DNA of 64,000 bases from Phallusia mammillata. Lineage: Eukaryota. The position numbers and the translations under genes are program-made. Positions within the stretch are counted from its first letter, which is position 1. Each line of letters begins with the position of its first letter. The notes under the pieces are model-generated. The model searched no databases. It was not told the origin of the DNA and saw nothing but the letters and a program-made list of their open reading frames with translations. Positions 13,201-26,200 of this stretch are shown here, piece after piece. Location: contig OZ281497.1 in assembly GCA_965637545.1 (NCBI GenBank), forward strand, positions 19,530,001 through 19,594,000, given 5' to 3'.

Positions 13201-16200
13201 TGCAAATGCAAAGTCATTAAAATTCCACTCGTTGATGCCCGTAAACACATGTCCCTCGTGGTCGCAATCCATCCATGTGGTAGCGCTTGAAAATCAAAAT
13301 TTCACGCCGACGTCCGGGATTGAAAATTGGCTCCCCAACCTGGTTCGAATCACTTCCGAGGCAGCGCCAAAGGATTCTGCCGGCGACTTTTCTCACAGAA
13401 CTGAGCCAAATGTGGGCCAAGTTCAAAGCTTCTCGGACTGTAGCGAAACGAAGGTTTCCGTCGACGTGATTTCAGGTTTACTGCCCCAAGCTAATTGAAC
13501 AAAAGGTCAAAATCAATATCAGTTAGTCCTCGCGGGCCGTCGGATGAACTCTGTCCGGCTGTAAACTGGCGTTCGATCCAAATTTCAGTATCGAACTGGG
13601 GCACCACGCTAACATCAAGCCGACACAGCGCAACTCGGACGCAATACACGCCCAGTTTATCTGTAGCTATACTGAATTTATTGCGACGCTTGGCCCGAAA
13701 CGAAATTTACTTAGAAGCAACGCAAACAGGACTAAGACGCGCGCGACTGTTTGAAGTCAGTTTTGGAAGCAGTGTCATGCTTTAATCGTCTCTAGCTAGT
13801 TTACATTGTATATTAAAAGATCGTCGTCGCTTCGCGTTCAGTCCAGTTATAGCAGGTGCAATTGATTTCGACCTAATGAAAAGACGTATTATTGTGTGTA
13901 TTTATAGAAATATAAAGTGATAATTATTCAATTTGTGGCGTTATTGTGTAAAAATAGACACATAGAAAATAATATGCACGTACTTGTCTTCAAGTTGTAA
14001 ACATTGGAATAACGTCTGGCATTATGTATTTTGTAAGCGACAATCTTTCATAACCTGGTGGTAGTTGAAACAACTCTCGTCATATTTTAGTCACCACTTG
14101 TAGCTTTGTTTATTAGCCAAGAGCACTCGCAACAAAGTGGATTCAACTGGAGTGTCTTATTTGCGACTCGGGACAACCGGCCTTGCGTATTTTGCCACAA
14201 GCAAAAAGTGCGCGTCGTCGCGATAGGAAAACGCTGAAAGAGGATTCTTGTCGCACGCGTTCGCGCCCACGGAGAGAAAGAATTGAAGCCTAGAGGTTTT
14301 CCCTTTTTTCAACGTGTTCTTTCGCTGCTTGAGATCGAGTCGATCCCAGTATGAGTGGTTTGATTTTAGTGTCGACAGCGGCTTTGTTTTATTCACGCAG
14401 ATCAATGTATGACACTGACAGTTAGATAGCATCTGTTAGGATACAAGTTAACTATGTTGAACAGGTTGTTACAGCGAGATACATTATGTTCGCAAATAGA
14501 CAAAGTTAGACCGGATTGCCAAGGACATTAACTATTTGTATGGCAGCGGATAGCCGGATACTATGTATTATGTCGCAATAAGGATTGGAGTGAATTGGAT
14601 GTAGAAACTAGAAACCTATATAAGGATGCTATAAATACAGTTAAGAGGTCGACTGGTCGGTGTGTTAAGCATTGTGGTTTGTGACTAGCCGTGGAATGCA
14701 CCTTGAACGACACTCATAGACATCTACAACGGCCCTGAGACGGGTGCGCGGGAGTCAAGTTTAATTCATTCATTAAAACACAGTTGCGACTTCGGTACTC
14801 GAGGCCAGGAACGACCAGTTTGTTCAACGAGCACTTGAACCATCTCGAGCTTCTGGAGCGGGGATGTTAAACCAAAAGGAATTCGACGGAAATGAAGGAC
14901 TAGTTGGATTCACAACAGCAACTATCTTTATTTTGTGGGTGCTCGTTTTCGAACAGGTGCGCAAAAATTGGAATTACTTGCATCGTAGGTTCATGATCTC
15001 AGCTTAGAGTAGAAAATGTCATGCGTGGGCGTCTATCGAGATCCGCGTTGTGACCGCAAAACGCTGCTTGGTATCCGGCCGATAATTTCACAATTCTCGA
15101 TGTCAGTTTCGACAACATGGCGCGATAAAAAGTTTGGATTGCAGGCAGGTAGTTAGAAATCTCCGGACAGGAAGACACTATGCTTGTAGGTAATTTTGTG
15201 TCGTTTTAATCCGCTTAGTGCAGCAGATGACAATCGGCACTATCTTACTGACAATACGGGCTTTTGGTTGCGCCTCGCAGTGACTGTTCGACGAAGCTCG
15301 GAGGGTTATGATACAAATACAGGAGAGCGCTGAAGGCGATGGTCGTGCTTACATGCGTCATGGGCAGATTAGCTTTGTGGGACGGAATTCGAGATTTTAC
15401 ATTTTTTAAAGTGCAAAAGGTTAGTCTTGGAAGATTGGTACTTGCAAAGCAGAGGCTTTCAACAGAGTGAGAATTGAGGTTTTCTTCTCGCTTTTCTATA
15501 CGTTAAGCTAGATTCGTCCGTCAATATTTATTTAGCTATTAAGGGGACACCGCTGAATGCAAACATCAGAATCGAACACATTTGTTATTTTCAGCATATC
15601 GCAAGACTTAGTGTAACCAAACTTTTTACCACAACCAACCATGTACCATCATCTTTTTCGCAACCGCTTTCTCACCGTTGCCACTTTCTAATTTGAGATC
15701 AGCGAGTCTACATGGCCGGCTATTAGCTGTCTCGGCGAGCCACAACTCAAGTCAGTTCCTGTCCGCAAGTTTTGTAATTAGACCGTCGGCCGTTTGGTGA
15801 TGTAAAACAACGAAGATAGCACTTACGCACTTGAAAGTGATCCGACGTGACTGTTTACCTGCATTTTGCGTTGGCTTTGTTTCGCCAGCAGGCTCGCGAG
15901 TTAACCTCTAGCCTTGCATTGTGATTGGCTGCGGTTTTTCGGAGGCCTGTTCCTGCTGACAAATGTCAGATCCCCGTGAAGCACCATGCGTAGTTCCTGA
16001 CAAGATGCATTTAATACTTTATGGCTTGTTTACGGTTTTGAAAAGTACAAGGTGTTGTCCACGGCGTGCACAAAAACCATTGCATCGGATAACTCACTGT
16101 GATATTGAGTTTGTGCTGGTGACAGTTGCACGCTGCCTCGCTCCGATTTAATCGAATCTAGTAATTGACAGTGGTTCCGACCGGTTGCATGCAAATGGCA

Positions 16201-16954
16201 AGTGGCGCGTTCGGAAGTTTTCATCATTGATCGGTGTGACGACGAGGACAAAACGAGATTTGACCGTGAATGCCGACGTTTCTTACACATCACTGTCAAC
16301 GAAAGAACGCGCCTCGGCCCTTTATTGCCTGAATTTCACACTTTGCATCATTAACCAATAGCCATACAGTCGCGCGTTCCTAATTTGCTGCCATCGGAAA
16401 CAATTTCTGAAAATTATCACATTAGTGTTTACATTCTCACTGGACAGGTGTCCCAGCTCTTTGCTACAGGAAAAAAGTTTTTGTTTGTAAATGTTGTCTG
16501 TCCAGGCGCGACATATTGAGATGGAATGACCGTTTGTGCGTATGTCGGTTGTTTCCAATTTCACACTTCGCGCCGCACCTATAGCGACATACGGGGGAGT
16601 GGTGTTGTCTCGTTGTCGTAGCATACAGTGAAGAGGCCACTTGAATTCGAAAAACAAGCTTTGATGTTGGCGGTACTACTCCACCGGCGCTGGTGCTCGG
16701 GACCTAACGAAAAAACGAGGCAAGGAGATTCTTACAGGCCCAAAGTAAATGAAATCAGTGCTGAGGGCGAACAAAGTGCCCTGCAATCGATTAGGCTCAA
16801 CACCTTACGTCCAGTTAGTTGCATAGTATGAAGCAGTACAATTGTTGTGATGCGACGTGTTGCCAAATAGTCTCAATTTTGTGACAGATTCAGGTTGTGT
16901 AAATGTTTTCTGATTTGTAGGAAAACGTGGTTATGAAAAAAATGCTTTTACTAA

Positions 16955-17159
16955 ATTTTTTCCTTTCCTTTGCAGCATTAACTTAACATAAGATATTAAG
17001 AAACTGTGAAGTAATGGCTAAAGTGTAGAACCGTGTGGAACTCCTATACAAGAAGAAATAGTGACAGAAACAAATTCAAGAACTCGCCAAGTTACTTTGG
17101 ATGTCTGCAGAGAAGCAGGCGGATTAAATTCCCGGTTGAGACGGAACCTGTCATTCAAG
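16955..17159 (+). other. Strong splice acceptor (AG at 16974-16975) and 5' UTR part of the latrophilin ATG exon; cis- or SL trans-splice site
   Basis: ttttttcctttcctttgcag| 184 nt upstream of the ATG; no coding exon found in the preceding 17 kb. Confidence 0.55.
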
Positions 17160-17244
17160 ATGGAAAATTTACTAACAGGGAAGCGAAGGCGATGTTTCCC
17201 TCTCTACGCACTTGTCTTAGCCCTTGTAATAAACACAGCCAGCG
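17160..17244 (+). CDS. ADGRL: Latrophilin coding exon 1, signal peptide
   Basis: [28 protein letters not shown]: basic n-region plus hydrophobic core. Donor G|GTAAGT is phase 1, matching exon 2. Confidence 0.8.
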
Positions 17245-20200
17245 GTAAGTAGAAGGAAGAAAGCTTGCTTCAGCTGTACTCGCCCACTGTGTGCGTATTT
17301 GCCATGCATAATGCATGATAAGATTGGAGTAATGCACTGCAGACCGGTCCGTGCAGGCCACCAAAACTAATTTCGGCGTTAATTAGGGCAAGGAGTACAA
17401 GTCAGTATTGATTTTAATTTGGGCGTTTAGAGCAAGATTTAGCCTAGATACAACGAAACATGCTGATATAAAAGTTTTTTCTCTCATTTCAGTTCACGGT
17501 TAGTTTCTAAACCTGATTGATTTAATGGTCATGGCCTTGTTACTCATTTCATTTTTCAGTAAATATAGTGCGTGACATGCCTCGGTAAATAATAGTTTGT
17601 TTGTCCATGCACTTAGGGGAAACGTTTTAAGTAGCTACTACTTACAAATTAGGTAAAAAATCTACAACTGTCACGTACAAGGGTTAACCACAACGATAGG
17701 CTGGCCTCTCAGTATGAGGGTTGCACTGATAAACTTGAAAAATTAGGCCCAGTTGTTTACATATTCATTAAGAATATATGGCCCTGGAAGTTATGTTCTA
17801 CACTATGAGTTAGTCGGTGTACAGGGAGGGATTAATACATGCCAGCTTCCCTGGAGTGATCCCATCGTTTGAGGAATAGATCTATGTTGACATAATCTCA
17901 TCTCGCACCAACGGCGTGTTGAAAAACATAAGCCTCGTGGTACACATAGCCCCGCCCGTTCCGTCGAAGCGTTTTCATGCCGCCGAACTAGTGCAAACAC
18001 TCTCTTATCCCGAGTGCCCTATTAATTGAACCAGAATTTGTCACTTTTGTTTGTCGGTGAAAGCCCTGCGCAAACCCAAATCAATGGAAGCGAACAATCG
18101 ACTTTACACCAAGATTAACGGTGCATGACTGTTGATCCTTCCGAGATAACTTGCAGGTGTTTCAGATATGCCATGACGGAAAATATAAACCTGAGCGTTG
18201 ATTCAAACTTCACGCTGGATACAAACATAAGTTTGTCCGTCGGGGCCCGCGTTGCGTATACAGTTGTAATACAGCCATCCGGCCATTTTGTGCGGATCAC
18301 ACATTCCGAACATTTGCGCTCATGTTTATTCAAGCGTATGTAACTTGTTTGGTGCGAACACGTCCTGCCATATTGTTCGCTCGAAGTCGATTTGACAGTT
18401 AAGTGGCGGAATTAGAAGGTTTGCGACGCTTGTCATTGACGCCGCGTGTTCGCCATCTGCTTGTACACTTGCAGCAGGCGGCAATCACCGACAGTGGCGA
18501 AAGCCAACAGACTTGTTTCATTAATAATGCATGGAAATGATTTGCCAACCGCCAGTGATATTGAGTTCTACCACACAAGAGAGATAACCATCAGAGACAG
18601 AAAGTAAATTGGCTGATTTATTGTGTGCAGCAATGCGACATTAATGTCTTTCTGCAAAGGACTGCTTTTGCAAGCTTTGAAATAAAAACCAAACGACAAA
18701 GATCATAAGAAACATTCAACAGTATCAGTGCAACACTGGTACTTCAAACCTAAAGATATTCCAGCTCGCTTGGTGAATGAAAACTTAAATGCACCTTATG
18801 TCAGTAGAATTCTATTTGAATAAGATACTCATGATGTTGTTAGAGCAAGAAATGCCATTTATCCATTTAGGATGTATAACTAAAGTTTTTGTGTATTTAA
18901 ATGCTTTAATAGATGATTTATTTTTGGCAGGCCGGTTAAACTTTGGCGGTGGAACAAACCTCATGTTTCCGATACCAAGTGAATTGGCTTGCGAGAACTA
19001 CCCCATTGTGTTGAGGTGCCCCGGGACGGATGTGATCCAGGTATTTGTCAACCTTAATATCAGGCGACCTGGACCTAAGTTAAGAGCCTTGGCCGCTGGG
19101 CAAAGCCATCTACTTACTAAGGCTTATTAAGCAGCGGCCTTCGCCTAATGGTTAAAATTTATGTTTGGCCTTGTTTGGCCAACGTCGGATCTCCTCGGAG
19201 CCGTGATTCGTCATCGTAATTGACTTAATTGTCCGGGGAATTACCACATTATCACAAGTGTGCTGCTTCCAGTCGTTATTGTTGTCATGAATATTTCAGG
19301 TGGTCGGAGCCGAGTACGGTCGACAGAACGCCGAAACTTGTGTTACAAACCCAGAAAATATGAGAGACACCGACTGCTACATGCCAGAAGCATCAGGCAT
19401 TATGTCTGCCAAGTGAGTAAATGTTTCTGTTATATACAATTTTTCTGTCACATCTTTGCCGACTTCATTAGATTTTAACGTGCTTTGCAATTCACTTTTA
19501 GTTTCATTAATTGCAAGCAAATTCTGTTTAAAAATAAGATATAAAGAGTAGATGTGGAAAATTATGTTTACGATTTCTACTTTTATTGTCATCTTTAAAA
19601 TCGCATCATGTAGAATGTAAATTCGCTAAGTTTTGGCCGACAAACCACATGATGTTGATACCGTCCTAAAATAGCCGCGAAAAATCACTTTCTCCGAAGC
19701 TAATACACGATTTTGGGTAACCCGATGCGGAGACGAGATTGATACGGCGACTTTAACGACGCGGCGGTCTACTCGGCGATCTGTAGCCACTATATACACA
19801 CTGTTGTATCGCCGTGCAATCGCCAGCCTGCTATACAGTCAATGTACTAACTTGCAAGCCACGCGGTCTGCAGTTGCCAACGCCCCGCAGGTCAAATTTC
19901 AGCTCGATAAAATCACTTTGTGGTTTGCTGAAAAGCCGTGGAGATGTGCATGGAATTCCGTCATCGCATCAGGTTGTGTAGGAAGGCTTGTGCTAATTGA
20001 CACGTTGTTTAGACGAGAGCTGGTTCTGTTTGCATGTGTTTGTTGCCGGATTCGCCCAATGCACCTTCGGTCCTTACCATGTCAGAAATACATGCCTGAA
20101 CTATTTTTACTTCAGGCCTAATAAAGAAAATACATGACGGTTCCAGCAATAGGGCTTTGTCACAAGAAAAATTCAACATATTTAATCCAAAAACAACTTG

Positions 20201-23200
20201 GTGGGATAGAAAACGTCCAGTACCAATAAAGTCAAATTGTCATTGAACATATGGCATCATATAGACTTTATGGCATCATAACAATCATAATCCAGATGTG
20301 TGTGAAAATTCATAATATATGACATTGGCCATAAAACGGATTCGTTATTCGATTGCAGCGTGACGTATGCGTCACAATTGCAGTAACAGACTCTGGCGTT
20401 TTGTATCGGCCAGCTTGAAGGTTCTCCGCTTGGCTGGCGACACAATACATTCCCGCTGTGCACGATATGAGATGAGTATACGACGATTTGGAGCATGACT
20501 GCGATAAATCCGTGTGCGGGATGGAGTTTAGTTTTAAGTCGCTGTTGCGTACGGAAATAATCGCCGTTTATGTAAGTTAAGCCCATTGTGGCGAATTCGG
20601 GGTTGACATTAAACCGATGCCCCCAGGTCATGCAGGATGCAAGTTCATTGGGGAACTATACTACACCATTTCAGTTCAATACACTTCAAAGAAATGCCAT
20701 TTGTAACGTTTTATAAACCGGCTAACCCAACGTTGTATTTTAACTTTTCTTATTTGAATTATTATTACTCATATTCTCAACGAAGTTGACAATTTACTAC
20801 ACTTCTGTCAAGCCCCAACTGTAGTATCTCGCAAATCCTAGAAGCTGACAGGTTTAGAATCGTTGGCAACGAGTGGTAGTAAGGAATACAAACAAGTTAA
20901 TGTAGACATCGTCAAGCGCATGTTTTTCAAAAACTTTAAATGGAACTTGCTGACCAGCGCCTGATAAAATTGAATTTATCTCCTTTATCGATCTTATTCA
21001 ACAGTTGCTTTGTTTGTGTCTGACAGGTTGCCAGCCATTTTGTGTATTGTGATCGTTAGGCCATCAATCCTAATGAGCTTATCGCCTGTCACGTGCTTCT
21101 ACGCTTGGTTGCACGTGTGCTGTTCATTGTCTTCCCGCCCAAACACGTTCGATTGCGTTTTTTTGACTGGGCCCGAAAATATAGGGCCCAATTTTATTCA
21201 ATAACAACCCCAAGCCGACTAACCCTTTATATAACACCAATCCCTGCCTTTAAGACTCGGGATATCGTCTGTGTAAATCACCAGTTGCGAGAAACAAGTA
21301 CTGGTATTGTCTTTCCGGGTTAACTCTCCGATCATACGGTCAACTTAGATAGCAATCGGGGGTTCATCAACTGCTGGTCTTCGGTGGGATTTTGTTCGCT
21401 TGTTGTTTTAGTGGCGGATTTTGAAGTTGTTTTTTTCCTTCAGTTCGCCTGCCAGTACACCCGGCCCCAGCGTTCGTGCCATGCCCGTGTCCTGCTGGAT
21501 AAGTCTCAGTGGCGCTACGCCAAAAGCAAACTCGGCCCAGGAAACCTAATTAGGTGGCCTATGGGCGAACGGGGTCGTTCATAAGCGAACTATAGACGCC
21601 GGTCAATGTCGCTTTTTCCTGCTTGCTTGCAATGATAAAATCGTGGTATGGAGTTGAACAGACAAATGAAGCCGTGCTCACATTCCTTCTTCATCCTGAA
21701 GCAAGTGCAAAGAAATTCGAGTCACAAAACTGACAGGGTCTTCAATTCACACCCCATAATTGAGGACCGATGAGGGTGCGCGTCTGCTGCGTCGTTGGTT
21801 TAGTTCCCGTCCCTAAGGCTGCTTGCCACGTAAGTCTGCCACGGGTCAGTTCGTTGATGTCCGACGGATCACTGCGGTTCGCAGTAGGCTGAAGTTTCGT
21901 CGAATGCCAAGTGCAGCACGTCGGTTCCTCTACACCCAAGCATAGGAAACTCTCGTTTAATTAAGTCGCCCTGTGGGCTGGTGTAGGCCAAAAAGGCCCT
22001 CAGCACATGTGGCCGGAATTCTCGGTACGTTTGTGGGGTTGACTAGCGTTGCCTAGGTCGGTGACTAGAAAGCGGTGTGATGACGGCAGCTGTTATCAAT
22101 CGGCCACTGAAGATCGGGTTTCGTCAAACCTGTGCACTTTATCCGTTCGGGTTTAATGCACGCCTGCTACTTCGCATTGTTCGCCCGCAATCGTTTTGCC
22201 TGCTGACAACCTAATGGCGCATCTGGACCCCGATTAAAACCTCGTTTGTTGCCTAAACTTTACACATCTTCGGCGATCGCTCAATAAATGCGTCAACATG
22301 GGAGCATAAACTACCGGTGATTGCATTATCACCAGTTTGTGGTTGTTTATATCCGGAACTGCATGGTTTACAGTGACTGTGGAAACCGCTTTTGCGTAAA
22401 CAGAGAAAACATTTGACCTACATTTAAATGTTAACGATTTGTTTGCTGTTTTTTTTCAGATGCAATAACAAGACCCAGTGCAAAGTGACGGTATCCGATG
22501 AAAATTTCCGACCCGATCCATGCCCTGGAACACACAAGTACCTCCACGTGACATTTAAATGTGTCAAATACAGTAAGCACCAATTTAAAAATTATAACAA
22601 ACTTGTTTCAAACTTTAACTGTATCCTTATACGTGGCTAAATACAGACAAGTTTTAAATTGTACCAGAAAAAAATGCATTTGTTTTTGTAAGTCTAAATC
22701 GAAAACAGTAGCAATGTTTTCCAGTCCGTGCAAACAGGGTCGAAGCAATTAAAGCCGACACCCATATGTTCTCTGAGGTTTTTGTGTGTTTCCGACAACC
22801 TCATAAACTTTATGATTTGTGGGTTTCGACGGTTCCATTTACGAGACCCGCAGCCGCTGACATAATTAGGCAGCGCTGCTTTTTCTCGTTGCGGCGAAAG
22901 GTTCGGTGCCATCTAAAGACGCAAATTAGTTTACAAGATCTCGCACGTGGTGTTTGTTTTCTGATCTTTCGTTTAATTACCCTTTAACCCCGGGACGCCG
23001 CGGGCCTGCAAAGAAAAGTAGGGATCTGAGAGAGGCCGATGGTGTTTTCGTTTAATCGCACCACCATAATTTGTTGCCACGTCTCCGATAATTAACCGTC
23101 CATTGGCAATTCATTAACGACCTCATAGCAAAGTATTGCACCAAATTGTTGGCCGCGCCCGCTATAATTAACCAGTCACATTAATTACCAACATGGAATG

Positions 23201-26200
23201 CGGGATTTAATTACATCGTGACTATATGCATGACTAATGTAAAAACAGCCTGTCCCAAGCACAAGTGCAGCTACTCGTGGTCATGGCTAATGTGTTTCCT
23301 CTTTCAAGTGTTTGGATGTGCTGGAATGTTAAACGGGATCGGATCAAACGTAACTTTGGATTTCACCATGTCCCCACAAGCCGGTTCTTGGGTTAAGGAT
23401 CCTCTGTACAACCCTGATCGCGTTTTCTTTGTTCCAAAGTCGCAGAACATTGTCGAGGTTCGTAATCTGTTGATGTACATATCAAATTTGTATGAATTTT
23501 ACTTATATGATTTCGATTTTTGTCACAGGAATATGAAAACACTGATGAATTTCTCCACGGCGCACCGAAAAAACGACATACATTGCCGTCATCTATTCTT
23601 GGAACTAGTTTTGTCATTTACGATGGCAATGTTTACTTTGTGAAGGTAGTTCAAAAGTGGGAATCATTGCAGTTATTGTAAATGTTCAGAACCAACAAGT
23701 GCCCTTGTCACACATATTATCATCCTAGTATTATAAATACGGTCAATTTACAATAAGTAACATGTCGTGTTTTTGTTTTTAGAGCACTTTGAAACTAAAA
23801 ATACAAATACTTGCGTTCTAACTAGTCGATTGCAAAAACACTAAATGTTTTACATTTACCTGATTGTAACACTTACTTGATTGCAGACGAATCGCCGCAT
23901 TGTGAAGTTCAGCATGTTAGCCAGCCTTCGAATTAGAGAAAGTTCAGTGCCAGGTTTCTCTGGGAAATCCTCATCTTTACAACGAGGAAGTATGAACGGT
24001 ATTGAGTTGTCAGTGGACGAAGAGGGTTTGTGGGTGATATACACGAGCAACCACGATATGGACCGTATTGTGCTCAGCAAACTCAATAAGGATACGTTGC
24101 AGCTGGAGGTGAGTGTTTGTGTACTATATGCAGAAATCTTTGACTTAAACACTAAGGTGCCTGAAGGTATTAAGACGCACTGAATTTACTTTTGAATGTG
24201 TATGAAAATGGATGCTGGCTCATCTGATCAATAAATTACCTGTTCGTTCTGTACAATATTTTGTTAGTTGTAGGGAATAGTTTATAAGTGGGCCTTAATT
24301 AACACCTGCAGGTATACTTCTTTAACTTCAAGCTGTAAGCATTCACGAAGTTCTGTTTAGTCAATAGTAGGCTTGCTATTTTTGACTAAAAATTGCCAAT
24401 TTCTGCGCTGATAACACTGACCTTTCACGTATTTGTGTAAACAGCAAACCTGGCATACCACATACCCGAAGAAGTCGGCGATGCACACCTTTCTCATTTG
24501 CGGCGTTCTCTACGTTGTTGGATATCAGTCTGGAAATATCGAATACACCTACAACACAAGAGTCGACTCGCGGCGTGGACGTACAGTAAATATCGGATTT
24601 GACCGCAACAGACCTAACTCGCCATCCGATCCCGTTGGATTTCGTTCACCAGGCGCACCCGCCTCACGAAGGATTTATCCTGCAAAGAATTACGGTCTTA
24701 AGCTGGGTCGGTCGTTCAGGAACTACAATTTTTCTTCACTGAAATACAATCCCCGAGAACGCCTACTGTACGCATGGGACGCTTCTGGCAGCAAGGCTGT
24801 ATATTACATGCTTCATTTTGGATTACCACAACCATCTGACGGTACGAAATTACATTTATATTCAGTTGGTACCATACGTCCAGCAATATGTGTGGCAAAT
24901 TTTCTAGTTGTGTTATTGTAGATGCATGTGAAGTTTAAAAATTAAGATAAAGGTGACAGATATCATTGAACAGGATTTAAAGATTAACTATTTTGCAACT
25001 CTAAGTTCTCTGAAGCAATTTTTCATGTATCATTTTTTATGATAGTTTCGGCTACCAGTAGTCACCACTGTTTTCAAAAAACGCTTAGATATATGTTGAC
25101 GACTCAAAGTGACTTTGATTTTGTTTCAACAGCCAATGCTCCCAGCACCACCGCTTCAACCACAACTACCACCATCCGCACAACCACCCGGACTATACCT
25201 CCCACACCTCCACAGCCACCGTTTTTCCCAGACGAAACCACGAACGAACTTACCCGGACACCGTCCGAATCTGCTCCAACTAATGACCCCAAGTGTCCAC
25301 CAACCTATAGAAACGGCATGTCCTGGCCCCCCACAGACGCTTATGTGGTTGCGACTATTCCTTGCCCTGACCAGCCAGGAGGTAAAAATTTGGTTTAACG
25401 GAAATTTAAAATAGGATAAAGTTGAATAAAAGAGGGGAAAGCGTTATGAATATCCCCACATCACGCCTTGGGCTTTGAATCCACACCGCATTTTTATTAA
25501 AGATTTTTCTTTTGTGACGGCCAAGGTTGATCTAGCGCTGTTTGTTTGAGCGGATCGCCCAAAATAAATAAACCAAATCCGTTTTCATTGTGATGTTGTG
25601 CTTTGAAATAATTAATTTGTATCGTTCAAACAAGCTCGCTCTCCTTTTTGTCGTAGTTTTGACAAAAGTTCTGCGGTTTTTGTCAACTGCAGAAGGAACC
25701 AGCCCGACTTGTTGCAAAACGTCGGCTTCCTTTCCTTTGGTCTTTAGCAAACCTCAATCACTTTTCTGGCATGTTTTTACCCACTAATTGCCTCCATAGT
25801 TTGTTACCCGAGACGGCAGCTCTCAGAGAGGTGCGACAGAGGCGTAAAATAACTTTACTGTCTGCTGCCAAAACAGCAAGCGGGCGGGAACAGTAATGAG
25901 CTCTCCTTCATAGAAAACTGTTTTTTCGCCCAGTCGTCGGCAGAATCAACATCTGTCAATCTTCAGCCTGGCTTTCCGCTCGGAATGTGTTACAAACGTC
26001 ATATTTGTCTTGTAGATGTAGCCTCCTGGCGATGCGAGTTCGATACATACACCAGGGAAGCAAATTGGGCACCCAATGGACCTGACGTATCGGCCTGCTC
26101 TACCTGGATTAACGAATTGGAGCAGGGCCTCTCTGACGGTAAGCGCAGATAAGTGTCAAATCAATTCACTTACGCCATCTTGACAATGCTTATGGCGATT

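Noticed and set aside
18809-18860. Functional SL RNA gene
   Set aside because: No GT donor after the 16-mer and no recognisable Sm-site-like segment.
19130-19160. tRNA A-box-like sequence (TCGCCTAATGGTTAA)
   Set aside because: No B-box or cloverleaf follows.
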